This document shows, one piece after another, positions 1 through 6,857 of a DNA stretch of 11,160 bases. The translations under genes and the position numbers were made by a program. Source of the DNA: Candidatus Aenigmatarchaeota archaeon. Lineage in GTDB: Archaea; Aenigmatarchaeota; Aenigmatarchaeia; JACPZZ01. The DNA lies in the NCBI GenBank assembly GCA_043801595.1, contig JAZDLW010000013.1:1-11160 (forward strand), in the 5' to 3' direction. Numbering within the stretch: the first letter of the stretch is position 1; each line of letters opens with the position of its first letter. Below the pieces are notes generated by a model. That model ran no database searches and had not been told where the DNA came from. It saw nothing but the letters and a program-made list of their open reading frames with translations.

Positions 1-627
1 ATCACTTCTAAGAACAATTATCCAACCTTGCGTGAGAGAAGAATAGTCACCATCAGATTTGCCGATAATTGCTATCCAATCATTTGAAACGTCGGAATTA
101 GCCCAAAATTCAATGGTAAAATCACCTGTCCCCAGATTCAAGCTAGCACCACTTCCCATATTAACATAGTCATTCACCCCGTCAAACAGCAACGCATTCC
201 CGAACCTTCCGTTTGTTGTTAATCCTGACGTAGAATTGCCTGTCAAATTCATATTCGTCAGCGTTCCCATGTTGCTGTAACCCGACGAGTCGTTTGTCGC
301 AGCCGAGCCGTTCGACTGTTCGAACCTCCAATAACCGACCAACCCGTTTTGGTTGAACCCGCCGAAAAACAGCGTGTTGCGTACGCTAACGCCGTTGATA
401 TCGGCAACAACAATATCATCATCAGTGATATTCGTTGTGGTCCCGGAATTCCTGACAATTACGTTTATTTTGCTGTTGTAGCATTGCGCGCCACCAGGAG
501 GAATGGTTATGATTTTCTCGGTGTTGCTTGCCATCAGTCCGGAAAACCATGTATACGATACGCCGACAATTCCTACTGTAACAAGCATAAGCATTATCAG
601 CGAAATCACAGGCGTTATGCCTTTCAT
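1..627 (-). CDS. Archaeal type IV pilin-like protein (class III signal peptide) with LamG-like/concanavalin A-like jelly-roll domain; 3' end runs off the window
   Basis: Not in the ORF track (no stop in window). Hand translation from ATG 627 (in-frame alternative ATG 636) is open for 209 codons: MKG|ITPVISLIMLMLVTVGIVGVSYTWFSG...VIVRNSGTTTNIT...GLVGYWRFEQSNGSAATNDSSGYSNMGTL...GRFGNALLFDGVNDYVNMG...LGTGDFTIEFWAN...IIGK...GWIIVLRSD. LVGYW-F, DSSG--N-GTL, G-FG-AL-FDG--DYV and FTI-FW are hallmark Laminin_G_3-type motifs. Confidence 0.9.
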   Translation of the reverse strand, partial: MKGITPVISLIMLMLVTVGIVGVSYTWFSGLMASNTEKIITIPPGGAQCYNSKINVIVRNSGTTTNITDDDIVVADINGVSVRNTLFFGGFNQNGLVGYWRFEQSNGSAATNDSSGYSNMGTLTNMNLTGNSTSGLTTNGRFGNALLFDGVNDYVNMGSGASLNLGTGDFTIEFWANSDVSNDWIAIIGKSDGDYSSLTQGWIIVLRSD

Positions 628-697
628 AAGTAACATATTGTTCCGCGGGGTAAAATAACTAAAATCAATTAGCGGACGCTTGGTTTGCAGCTATTAT

Positions 698-3367
698 TTA
701 GAATCCCATTTCTGCGAAGATGTTTCTCAACTTTGCCAGTTCGGCATGGCCTTGTGCAAAGTCCAGCGATCCTCCGCCGGACCCACCGCCGCGCTTGCAG
801 ATGTCCGATACGATCGAGCCAGCGTTCTCGCTGTTATCCTTGCCGCGTTTCGCAACAACATCCCCGTTCACATTGGCAAGCAGTATGAACGCGTTCGGAT
901 GGTCCGAAGCCATTGCAGCAGCAACTTCGATAAGCTGTTCTCTTTGATAGGGCAGTATATGGAATAATTTGTTGTCCTTGATCTTGCTTCGAAGGTTTTC
1001 AGCCTTCAGGAAGGCAAGTTCGGCCTTAAGCTTGTCAATTTGCTTGTCCTTCTCCTTCCATTCTTCGAAGAACCTTTGTGAAGTGGCGGGAAGCTGTTCG
1101 ATCGTTACGTTGAACACGTCAGCTGACTTTTTCAGCAACGCCTCCTTCTTTTTCAGGTCTTCCCACGCTTTCGAACCGGATGCGAATTCCAATCTTATCA
1201 GGCCGTCCTGAATCCTTTCTGTTTTAAGAATTTTAATAGCTTTTATCTCGTCGGTGTTGCCGACATGCGTCCCCCCACACGCCTCGACATCGTAGCCCGG
1301 TATTTCGACAACTCTGATATCGGCGCTCGGCACAGCCCCGCCCTGGTATATCATCGATCCGTATTTTGTTTCGGCCTCGGTGCGGGTCATAACGGTTTTT
1401 ATTACGTGTATGCTTTTAGCAATTATCTCGTTGGCTTTATTTTCTATCTTGACAACTTCGTCATCAGTGAGGTTTTTGTAATGTGTTATGTCAAGTCTCG
1501 ACTTTTCCACGGTTTTTTCCGCACCCGACTGGTTGACATGCTTTCCCAATACCGTTCTCGCAGCCGAATTTACAATGTGCGTGGCTGTGTGGTTTTTTTC
1601 GAGCTGCTCTCTTCGTTCCCAGTCGATTTCGCCTTTAACGGTCTTGGTTTTTAATTTTTCTTTCAGCGTATGCACGATTACGTTGTTGTATTTTTCAACA
1701 TTTACAACATCGATGTTGTTTATCTTTCCGGTGTCGTGAATCTGCCCGCCCGACGTGGGATAGAAAGCCGTTCTGTTAAGGATAACCTTGTTTCCGCCGA
1801 AAACTTTCACAACGTTTGCCGTGAATGATCTTACGTTGTCGTAATACAAAGCTTTTGTGGGCTTTATTTTCGAAAGGTCGTGATCGAATTTCTTCTCAAC
1901 TTCCTTGTGCCCCATGTGTTGCTGCGACAATTTTTCATAGAAATCCGACGGGACATTTACCTCGATGCCGCGTTGTTTTGCGGCCGTAGTTATCATTTCC
2001 GGCGTAACGCCCTGCGATTCGTACAGCGTGGTCATTTTTTTTCCGTCAATAGGAACATTCTGGTTTACGATAACTTCGACCAATTTCATGGCTCTCGCCT
2101 TCGACGACGAGAAGCGGTCGGATTCGTAATCGATTATTTTTTCAACATCTTTAAGATTTTCCTCGAGCTTCGGATCAAGATCATTCAAAAAGTTCGCATG
2201 CATTGCGCACACTTCGTGCAGCTTTATCTTCAAATTCATTTCGTCGATAAAGCTCAGCGCCCGCCTCAAAACCACGCGAAGATTGTATCCTCCGCCGACG
2301 TTGCTCGGCAATCCGCCGTCGGAAATTGCATAGAGCAGCGTTTTCGCATGGTCGGCAATGGAGTAAACTGCCCGCAGCGGCGCGACTTTTCTCTCCAGTG
2401 TAATTTCATTGATCTCAAGCTCTTTCGCTATCCTTGATCGCGCAAGGCTGAAGTTTTTTGTTTCGTCTATGCTCAACGCCCCCGCAAGCGAGGAATATTT
2501 GGCAAACAAATCCTGGTCGTAATCTACCAGCGTTTTTAGTTGTTCAGCGACCTTGCCGAATGCGGAATCGTAACTTGTTGGCGTTCCCTGCGAGAACCAC
2601 GTTAAACGCTCTAATCCCCAACCAACGTCGACTATCCTGATCGGCAATTCGGATTTTTTGTTGTTCTTCAGGCAGAACTGCATGAACACGGAGTTGACGA
2701 GCTCCAACCCTTTGGAAAAGGTCTCGATGCACGGGCCGAACGCCGACATGTCGGGCATTGTCCACAAATCTTCGACGTACGTTAACTCGTTCTTATCAAT
2801 GCCCATGACGCCCGTAAGAAACTTGAAATTCAGTTCAATGCAGTTGTCTTTCCAGTATCCTGTTTTCGGATAACCGAATGCATGCTGGCCTGCCATTATG
2901 AAAGATGTGTGATGTCGCCCTGTAACGCCGACGTTCGGTATGTCCGGGAATCTCAGACAGACCTGCGGTACGATCAGCCGGTCGCTCGGATATTCAAACG
3001 TTAATCCGGACGAATCGAGGCGCTGGAAGTCCTGTATGCTTGCGATTGTGAAAAACAAATCCGGCCTCCATCTCGATACAACAGGGTAGCGGGGCATCGA
3101 GAAGTGCGAATTTTTCCTGAAGAATTTTTCAAACTCCTTCCACATCTCGACATAGCCGAATCTTTTTTTCGTTATCGAGTTTCCGATAAATCCATAATCA
3201 TCGCAGGAAGAATCGCCGCATGTTTTCCGTTCAGTCGCAGCCCAGAAAAATTTCCCGCATTTTACGCATTGTTTTCTGGAGAAGCCCTGCTCGTCGAGTA
3301 TCTTTATTTTCCAGTACTTCGAGGGCGTTTTCTGGAATTCCTTTATCAGATTTTCTTTAGCAATCAT
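698..3367 (-). CDS. alaS: Alanine--tRNA ligase, archaeal type, full length (catalytic, editing and C-Ala domains)
   Basis: Archaeal N-terminal Cys cluster (RKQCVKCGKFFW...CGDSSCD), YPVVSRWRPD, FTIASIQDFQ, GRHHTSF, VDVGWGLER, ADHAKT, PSNVGGGYNLR, FYPTSGGQIHDTG, editing motifs HTATH and CGGTH, C-terminal GGSGGG..FAQG. Start placed at ATG 3367 (ATGA overlap with the upstream stop); ATG 3373 is the alternative. Confidence 0.98.
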   Translation of the reverse strand: MIAKENLIKEFQKTPSKYWKIKILDEQGFSRKQCVKCGKFFWAATERKTCGDSSCDDYGFIGNSITKKRFGYVEMWKEFEKFFRKNSHFSMPRYPVVSRWRPDLFFTIASIQDFQRLDSSGLTFEYPSDRLIVPQVCLRFPDIPNVGVTGRHHTSFIMAGQHAFGYPKTGYWKDNCIELNFKFLTGVMGIDKNELTYVEDLWTMPDMSAFGPCIETFSKGLELVNSVFMQFCLKNNKKSELPIRIVDVGWGLERLTWFSQGTPTSYDSAFGKVAEQLKTLVDYDQDLFAKYSSLAGALSIDETKNFSLARSRIAKELEINEITLERKVAPLRAVYSIADHAKTLLYAISDGGLPSNVGGGYNLRVVLRRALSFIDEMNLKIKLHEVCAMHANFLNDLDPKLEENLKDVEKIIDYESDRFSSSKARAMKLVEVIVNQNVPIDGKKMTTLYESQGVTPEMITTAAKQRGIEVNVPSDFYEKLSQQHMGHKEVEKKFDHDLSKIKPTKALYYDNVRSFTANVVKVFGGNKVILNRTAFYPTSGGQIHDTGKINNIDVVNVEKYNNVIVHTLKEKLKTKTVKGEIDWERREQLEKNHTATHIVNSAARTVLGKHVNQSGAEKTVEKSRLDITHYKNLTDDEVVKIENKANEIIAKSIHVIKTVMTRTEAETKYGSMIYQGGAVPSADIRVVEIPGYDVEACGGTHVGNTDEIKAIKILKTERIQDGLIRLEFASGSKAWEDLKKKEALLKKSADVFNVTIEQLPATSQRFFEEWKEKDKQIDKLKAELAFLKAENLRSKIKDNKLFHILPYQREQLIEVAAAMASDHPNAFILLANVNGDVVAKRGKDNSENAGSIVSDICKRGGGSGGGSLDFAQGHAELAKLRNIFAEMGF

Positions 3368-3804
3368 TGCCATCCATGCTCGCTATAGATTATTCTCTTC
3401 TCGATCTTATTGATAGCCTGCCTGATGTAAGGTATCGTGTTCTCCGGCAATTTGTTTATTTCGAACCAGCTTAAATCATCGCATTTGCCCGGTTCCATGT
3501 TTTTTATTTCGCCACCCCATTTGTCCGCGCGTATGAATACGTCGATTCGTTCCGCGTCAGGAACTTTGCGGTGCATTACGTGGACAACGTTCATGTCTTC
3601 GGTGTTTATTTCAATGCCAGCTTCTTCTTTAGCCTCACGCGCCATCGCTTCCAAAAACGTTTCATTTCCGTCAAGGTGACCGGCAACAACGCTGTAATTT
3701 CCGTCCATCCAGCCGGTGTTAAAGCGGCGGAGCAGCAGGATTTTATCACCTCTGGTCAGAATAAGGTGGGATGTCGGTATGAGCGTGAATCTTTCTTTTA
3801 CCAT
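3364..3804 (-). CDS. NUDIX hydrolase (MutT-like)
   Basis: Nudix box GHLDGNETFLEAMAREAKEEAGI, preceded by ILLLRRFNTGWMDG and followed by NMEPGKCDDLSWF. ATG 3804 preferred over the track's non-ATG start at 3849. Confidence 0.92.
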   Translation of the reverse strand: MVKERFTLIPTSHLILTRGDKILLLRRFNTGWMDGNYSVVAGHLDGNETFLEAMAREAKEEAGIEINTEDMNVVHVMHRKVPDAERIDVFIRADKWGGEIKNMEPGKCDDLSWFEINKLPENTIPYIRQAINKIEKRIIYSEHGWQ

Positions 3805-3856
3805 AAAATTACACAGAACAATCATTGATAAATTGCTGTAAACAATCAAAAACCGC

Positions 3857-4177
3857 TTATGCAGCGGCGCCGCAGTTCTGGCAGTGCGCGATAAGGATCC
3901 GCCTCACGCCAAAAAGTTTTATTGTTTGATTGTTCATGCTTTCCGAACCGCAATATCCGCAGTTCTTCGCGCTTGACCATATTTTCGGTCGTCTTTTTCG
4001 GCCGTAGCGGAAGAATAAATTCGAATTGCGGTAGCTTTTGCTTAAAAACGAAGAAACATACGAAACGCCGGTTGAAACCTTGTCAAGAAGCGCGGATTTC
4101 GCTTCGCGCTGCGGAGAATAGTCGGCTTTCGCAGAGTCGTCGTATGTTCCATCTGGGTGGTAATATGAAATCTTCAT
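3857..4177 (-). CDS. Hypothetical basic protein with C-terminal C4 zinc ribbon
   Basis: 106 aa from ATG 4177, filling the gap between the two NUDIX genes on the same strand; two knuckles CGYCG and CQNCG 22 residues apart; basic patch RYGRKRRPK. Confidence 0.7.
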   Translation of the reverse strand: MKISYYHPDGTYDDSAKADYSPQREAKSALLDKVSTGVSYVSSFLSKSYRNSNLFFRYGRKRRPKIWSSAKNCGYCGSESMNNQTIKLFGVRRILIAHCQNCGAAA

Positions 4178-4188
4178 TGTGCCAACAG

Positions 4189-4635
4189 CTATTTCTTCGC
4201 AATGCCAGCCTTTAATACAGAACGTAGCAGGGTTCGTTGATTGTACCACCTTAAGCTCTTCAGCGCTTCTTTTGCCGTGAACCAGCCGTAGCCTGAAAAC
4301 GATTCTTTTTCAACATTGACATTGGTTGTGATCGCCTTGACCAGAAAAGCCTTTTGCACAGTTCCGTAGGAACCGAACCTTTCGCGGCTTTCTTTTGGGT
4401 AATTATATTTGATAGGTTTTCCAACGCGTTTTAGAAATTTGATCCTTTTCAAACCAGTTTCTTCGTGAACCTCGCGTATAACAGCCTCTTTGTTCGTCTC
4501 CCCTTGTTCAATCCCGCCTTTCGGAAATTCCCAGCCCTTCCACCCCTGTTTTCTCCTCAAAAGAAGAAACTTAATTTCATCAGGGAAATTCCTAAAAACA
4601 ATGCCTATTGCAACGCGTCTTATTTTCTTCATCAT
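4189..4635 (-). CDS. NUDIX hydrolase (Ap4A hydrolase/RppH-like)
   Basis: WEFPKGGIEQGETNKEAVIREVHEETGL is a canonical GX5EX7REUXEEXGU Nudix box; the FLLL...W.FPKG context resembles Ap4A-hydrolase-type members. Substrate is inference only. Confidence 0.92.
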   Translation of the reverse strand: MMKKIRRVAIGIVFRNFPDEIKFLLLRRKQGWKGWEFPKGGIEQGETNKEAVIREVHEETGLKRIKFLKRVGKPIKYNYPKESRERFGSYGTVQKAFLVKAITTNVNVEKESFSGYGWFTAKEALKSLRWYNQRTLLRSVLKAGIAKK

Positions 4636-4651
4636 TATCCTTCAGTCCGGT

Positions 4652-4692
4652 AAAAAATAAAGCTTGGCGTCTGACTAATTAAAAAACGCCAA
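4652..4692 (-). terminator. Candidate hairpin plus oligo-T terminator downstream of rpl12
   Basis: Minus strand TTGGCGT(15 nt)ACGCCAA perfect 7-bp inverted repeat (4664-4670/4686-4692), followed by GCTTTATTTTTT. Confidence 0.4.
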
Positions 4693-4755
4693 ATAGTGTG
4701 TACGTAACTCTAACGAAACATCCGATTGACAGTGCAGTTTTGTCTCGCCATCGTC

Positions 4756-5058
4756 TTAACCGAATAAAGCCGAAAGTCCCGCAGCAGCCTCTGCAGCCTT
4801 TTGTGCAGTGTCTTCCTCAGGCTCCTTCTTTTCTTCTTTCTTCGTTTCGCTTTGCGCCGCAACAGTTGCGACAGCGACCGGTGCCGATGCCTTCTTGAGC
4901 TCTTCGTCGATGTTTACGCCTTGCAGCGCAGCGACTAAAGCCTTTATCTTCGGCTCGTCCGGTTGTGCGCCTGCAGCTTCAACGATTTTCTTTACGTTGT
5001 TTTCGTTTATTTCCTTGCCTGCCGAATGCAGCAGCAGTGCGCTGTATATGTATTCCAT
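4756..5058 (-). CDS. rpl12: 50S ribosomal stalk protein P1 (L12p)
   Basis: [30 protein letters not shown], Ala-rich hinge, acidic stretch and C-terminal [15 protein letters not shown] Shine-Dalgarno at 5066-5070. Confidence 0.98.
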   Translation of the reverse strand: MEYIYSALLLHSAGKEINENNVKKIVEAAGAQPDEPKIKALVAALQGVNIDEELKKASAPVAVATVAAQSETKKEEKKEPEEDTAQKAAEAAAGLSALFG

Positions 5059-5078
5059 TTTTTAACCTCCGATTTTGT

Positions 5079-5297
5079 CTACGCCTTTCGTAATTCGTCC
5101 AGCCTTTTGTAAAGGGCCGCTTCAAGTTCTATCCCGCTTTTTGAAGCGATCTTGGACAGCATTACCATGAGTTCCGTTATTGTCTTTTCATCCTGCGACG
5201 TTTCAAGCTTCGCAGCCAGTTCTTTTATTCTTTTTACAGCATCGCCGTCTTCGATTTTAATGTTTTCGGCCAGACGCTGGAAGTTGTTTATCTGCAT
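5079..5297 (-). CDS. Small alpha-helical protein, probable degenerate MazG-like (all-alpha NTP pyrophosphatase fold)
   Basis: 72 aa filling the rpl10-rpl12 gap; pattern M.I..FQ ... ELA..L ... EL...L..IA...GIELEAAL..R resembles short archaeal MazG-like proteins, but the EExGE and ELxD acidic motifs are missing. Confidence 0.65.
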   Translation of the reverse strand: MQINNFQRLAENIKIEDGDAVKRIKELAAKLETSQDEKTITELMVMLSKIASKSGIELEAALYKRLDELRKA

Positions 5298-5307
5298 TTA
5301 TGCACAC

Positions 5308-6144
5308 TCAGACATTTATCCTGCTTTTCATCGCTTCCGCGATGCGTGTGTATTTTGAGAGTATGCTGCCGATGACATCTTTCTCGTAAACGTTGTTTTC
5401 AATCGCGATGTATTTTGCGTTCCTGAAAGCGTTCGTTATCATTATTTTTACGGATTCCTTTGTCGGATAATCAATTTCGACAGCAAGATTGACAGCCTTG
5501 AGATACGAGTTGACAAGATCATTGACATACGATTCCAGCGGAACGCCCAAAACGTCCTTTCCGTAGACTGTGCCATCGTCGAGCATTGCAACAATGTTTA
5601 ACCCTATCTGCATCGGCTCGATTCCGAACTTCATTATGAACTCGGTTAATTCTTTTGCCAGCGTTGTTCCGGCTTTTGCAACAAGCTTGTCTTCTTTTAC
5701 GGTGATCTTCCCGTTTTCGACTGTTGTCTTAATCTTTACCTTCTGAAATTCGCTTATCACCGGACCTGCTGCAAATTGCGTCGGCCCTGCTGGGATGATT
5801 ATGTCAACGGGCGTAACGTCGCCCGGCTTTGCTGCAGCCGGTTGTTTGTTGTTGTCTATGAAGCGGTAGATTTTGAACGGGTTTTCGTTGGTGAATATCA
5901 ACGCGACCTCGCCTTTTACGAGGTTTTCAATGCCCGTTATGTTTTTTTTGTTAGAGGATTTGAACGCCATTTTTATGAGCGAGATTTTCGCCATTCTTAT
6001 TTTCGCGTCTCCTTGGAGTGAGTTTCGTATATCGAAAAGCTGTTTTGCCGGCATTTTGTGGAGATTTACGATTCCGATAACACTGTAACTGTCTATGAGT
6101 TTTTTCAGTTCCTCCACGACTTTTATTTTGGCTTCGTTGACCAT
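5308..6144 (-). CDS. rpl10: 50S ribosomal protein uL10 (P0)
   Basis: KIKVVEELKKLI, MPAKQLFDIRNSL, ALIFTNENPFKIY, AAAKPGDVTPVDIIIPAGPT, GIEPMQIGL and three C-terminal stalk helices; located directly after rpl1. Confidence 0.96.
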   Translation of the reverse strand: MVNEAKIKVVEELKKLIDSYSVIGIVNLHKMPAKQLFDIRNSLQGDAKIRMAKISLIKMAFKSSNKKNITGIENLVKGEVALIFTNENPFKIYRFIDNNKQPAAAKPGDVTPVDIIIPAGPTQFAAGPVISEFQKVKIKTTVENGKITVKEDKLVAKAGTTLAKELTEFIMKFGIEPMQIGLNIVAMLDDGTVYGKDVLGVPLESYVNDLVNSYLKAVNLAVEIDYPTKESVKIMITNAFRNAKYIAIENNVYEKDVIGSILSKYTRIAEAMKSRINV

Positions 6145-6145
6145 T

Positions 6146-6787
6146 TCACTGCACCTTGATTTTTTCGGGGCTGCCCATTGTCAGCTTCACGACTGCGTAC
6201 TTGATGTTTTCTTTGCCTTTCGGAAGTTTCCTTTCAAGGTATTCGAGCACAGCCTCGATATTTTCAATTACTTTTTTGTCTTCCATCTTCTCGTTTCCAA
6301 TGATCATGTTTATGACAGGAGAGTCTTTCAGTTTTATTCTTGCGGATTTCCTTGTTTTGTCAACGAGCGATTTTATGTCCGCGTTCTGAGGGATCGGTTT
6401 AGGCATCTTGCCTCGCGGCGCGAGCACGGAACCCAGATGTTTTCCTACGAGAGGCATCATTGATAATTCGGATAAAAAGAAGTCCATGTTAGAAGCGAGT
6501 TTCTTTAGTTCTTTTTTATTCTGGCCGATTACCGGCAACTGGTCCTTGGTTATCACGATGTCCGCGACTTCCGCTGCCTTCGTGGCTATGGTATCGGCGA
6601 TTATCGCGATCTTAAGTTTTTTTCCGGGCCCGTTCGGAAGCGTTATCTCGTCGTTTATCCTGCTTTCGGGCTTTTTCATGTCCATTTCTTTTAACGCAAC
6701 CGAAAGGTCCCAGGACTGCGTGAATTTCTTCGGTTTTGTGGATTCTCGTGCCTTTTTTAGCGCGTCTGTTATCAAGTTCTCGTACAT
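6146..6787 (-). CDS. rpl1: 50S ribosomal protein uL1
   Basis: KKFTQSWDLSVALKEMDMKKPESRI, LPNGPGK, LGSVLAPRGKMPKP, NIKYAVVKLTMG; GGAGG at 6794-6798. Confidence 0.98.
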   Translation of the reverse strand: MYENLITDALKKARESTKPKKFTQSWDLSVALKEMDMKKPESRINDEITLPNGPGKKLKIAIIADTIATKAAEVADIVITKDQLPVIGQNKKELKKLASNMDFFLSELSMMPLVGKHLGSVLAPRGKMPKPIPQNADIKSLVDKTRKSARIKLKDSPVINMIIGNEKMEDKKVIENIEAVLEYLERKLPKGKENIKYAVVKLTMGSPEKIKVQ

Positions 6788-6790
6788 TTT

Positions 6791-6832
6791 AACCCTCCCG
6801 CCAAAGCGGTATTAAACCAGTTAATGGGTTTA
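6791..6832 (-). promoter_or_regulatory. rpl1 upstream element: SD GGAGG within a possible L1-binding RNA structure, overlapping a TATA-like TTTAATA
   Basis: Minus strand TAAACCC-ATTAACTGGTTTAATA-CCGC-TTTG-GCGG-GA-GGGTT-AAA-ATG; the SD is clear, the regulatory role is inferred. Confidence 0.4.
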
Positions 6833-6857
6833 CAAACAGTTATTACAGTGCCAACGT

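Noticed and set aside
1..627. Diversity-generating retroelement target
   Set aside because: No reverse transcriptase and no template/variable repeat pair with adenine-specific mismatches seen in the window.
258..633. Track ORFs 349..633 (+) and 258..458 (-)
   Set aside because: Both overlap the clearly recognisable pilin-LamG frame (627 to <1) and have no recognisable motifs.
671..680. AGCG-GA-CGCT mini inverted repeat after alaS
   Set aside because: 4-bp arms with a 2-nt loop are expected by chance.
698..3367. Split AlaRS as in Nanoarchaeum equitans, or an intein
   Set aside because: One continuous ORF of normal length with all domains.
680..3388. Many plus-strand ORFs (up to 185 aa) opposite alaS
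   Set aside because: Antisense shadows of a conserved gene; no motifs.
5079..5310. Idea that the 72-aa ORF is a split or frameshifted P0 C-terminus
   Set aside because: It lacks the Ala/Glu hinge and GLxALFG tail, has its own ATG and resembles a different fold.
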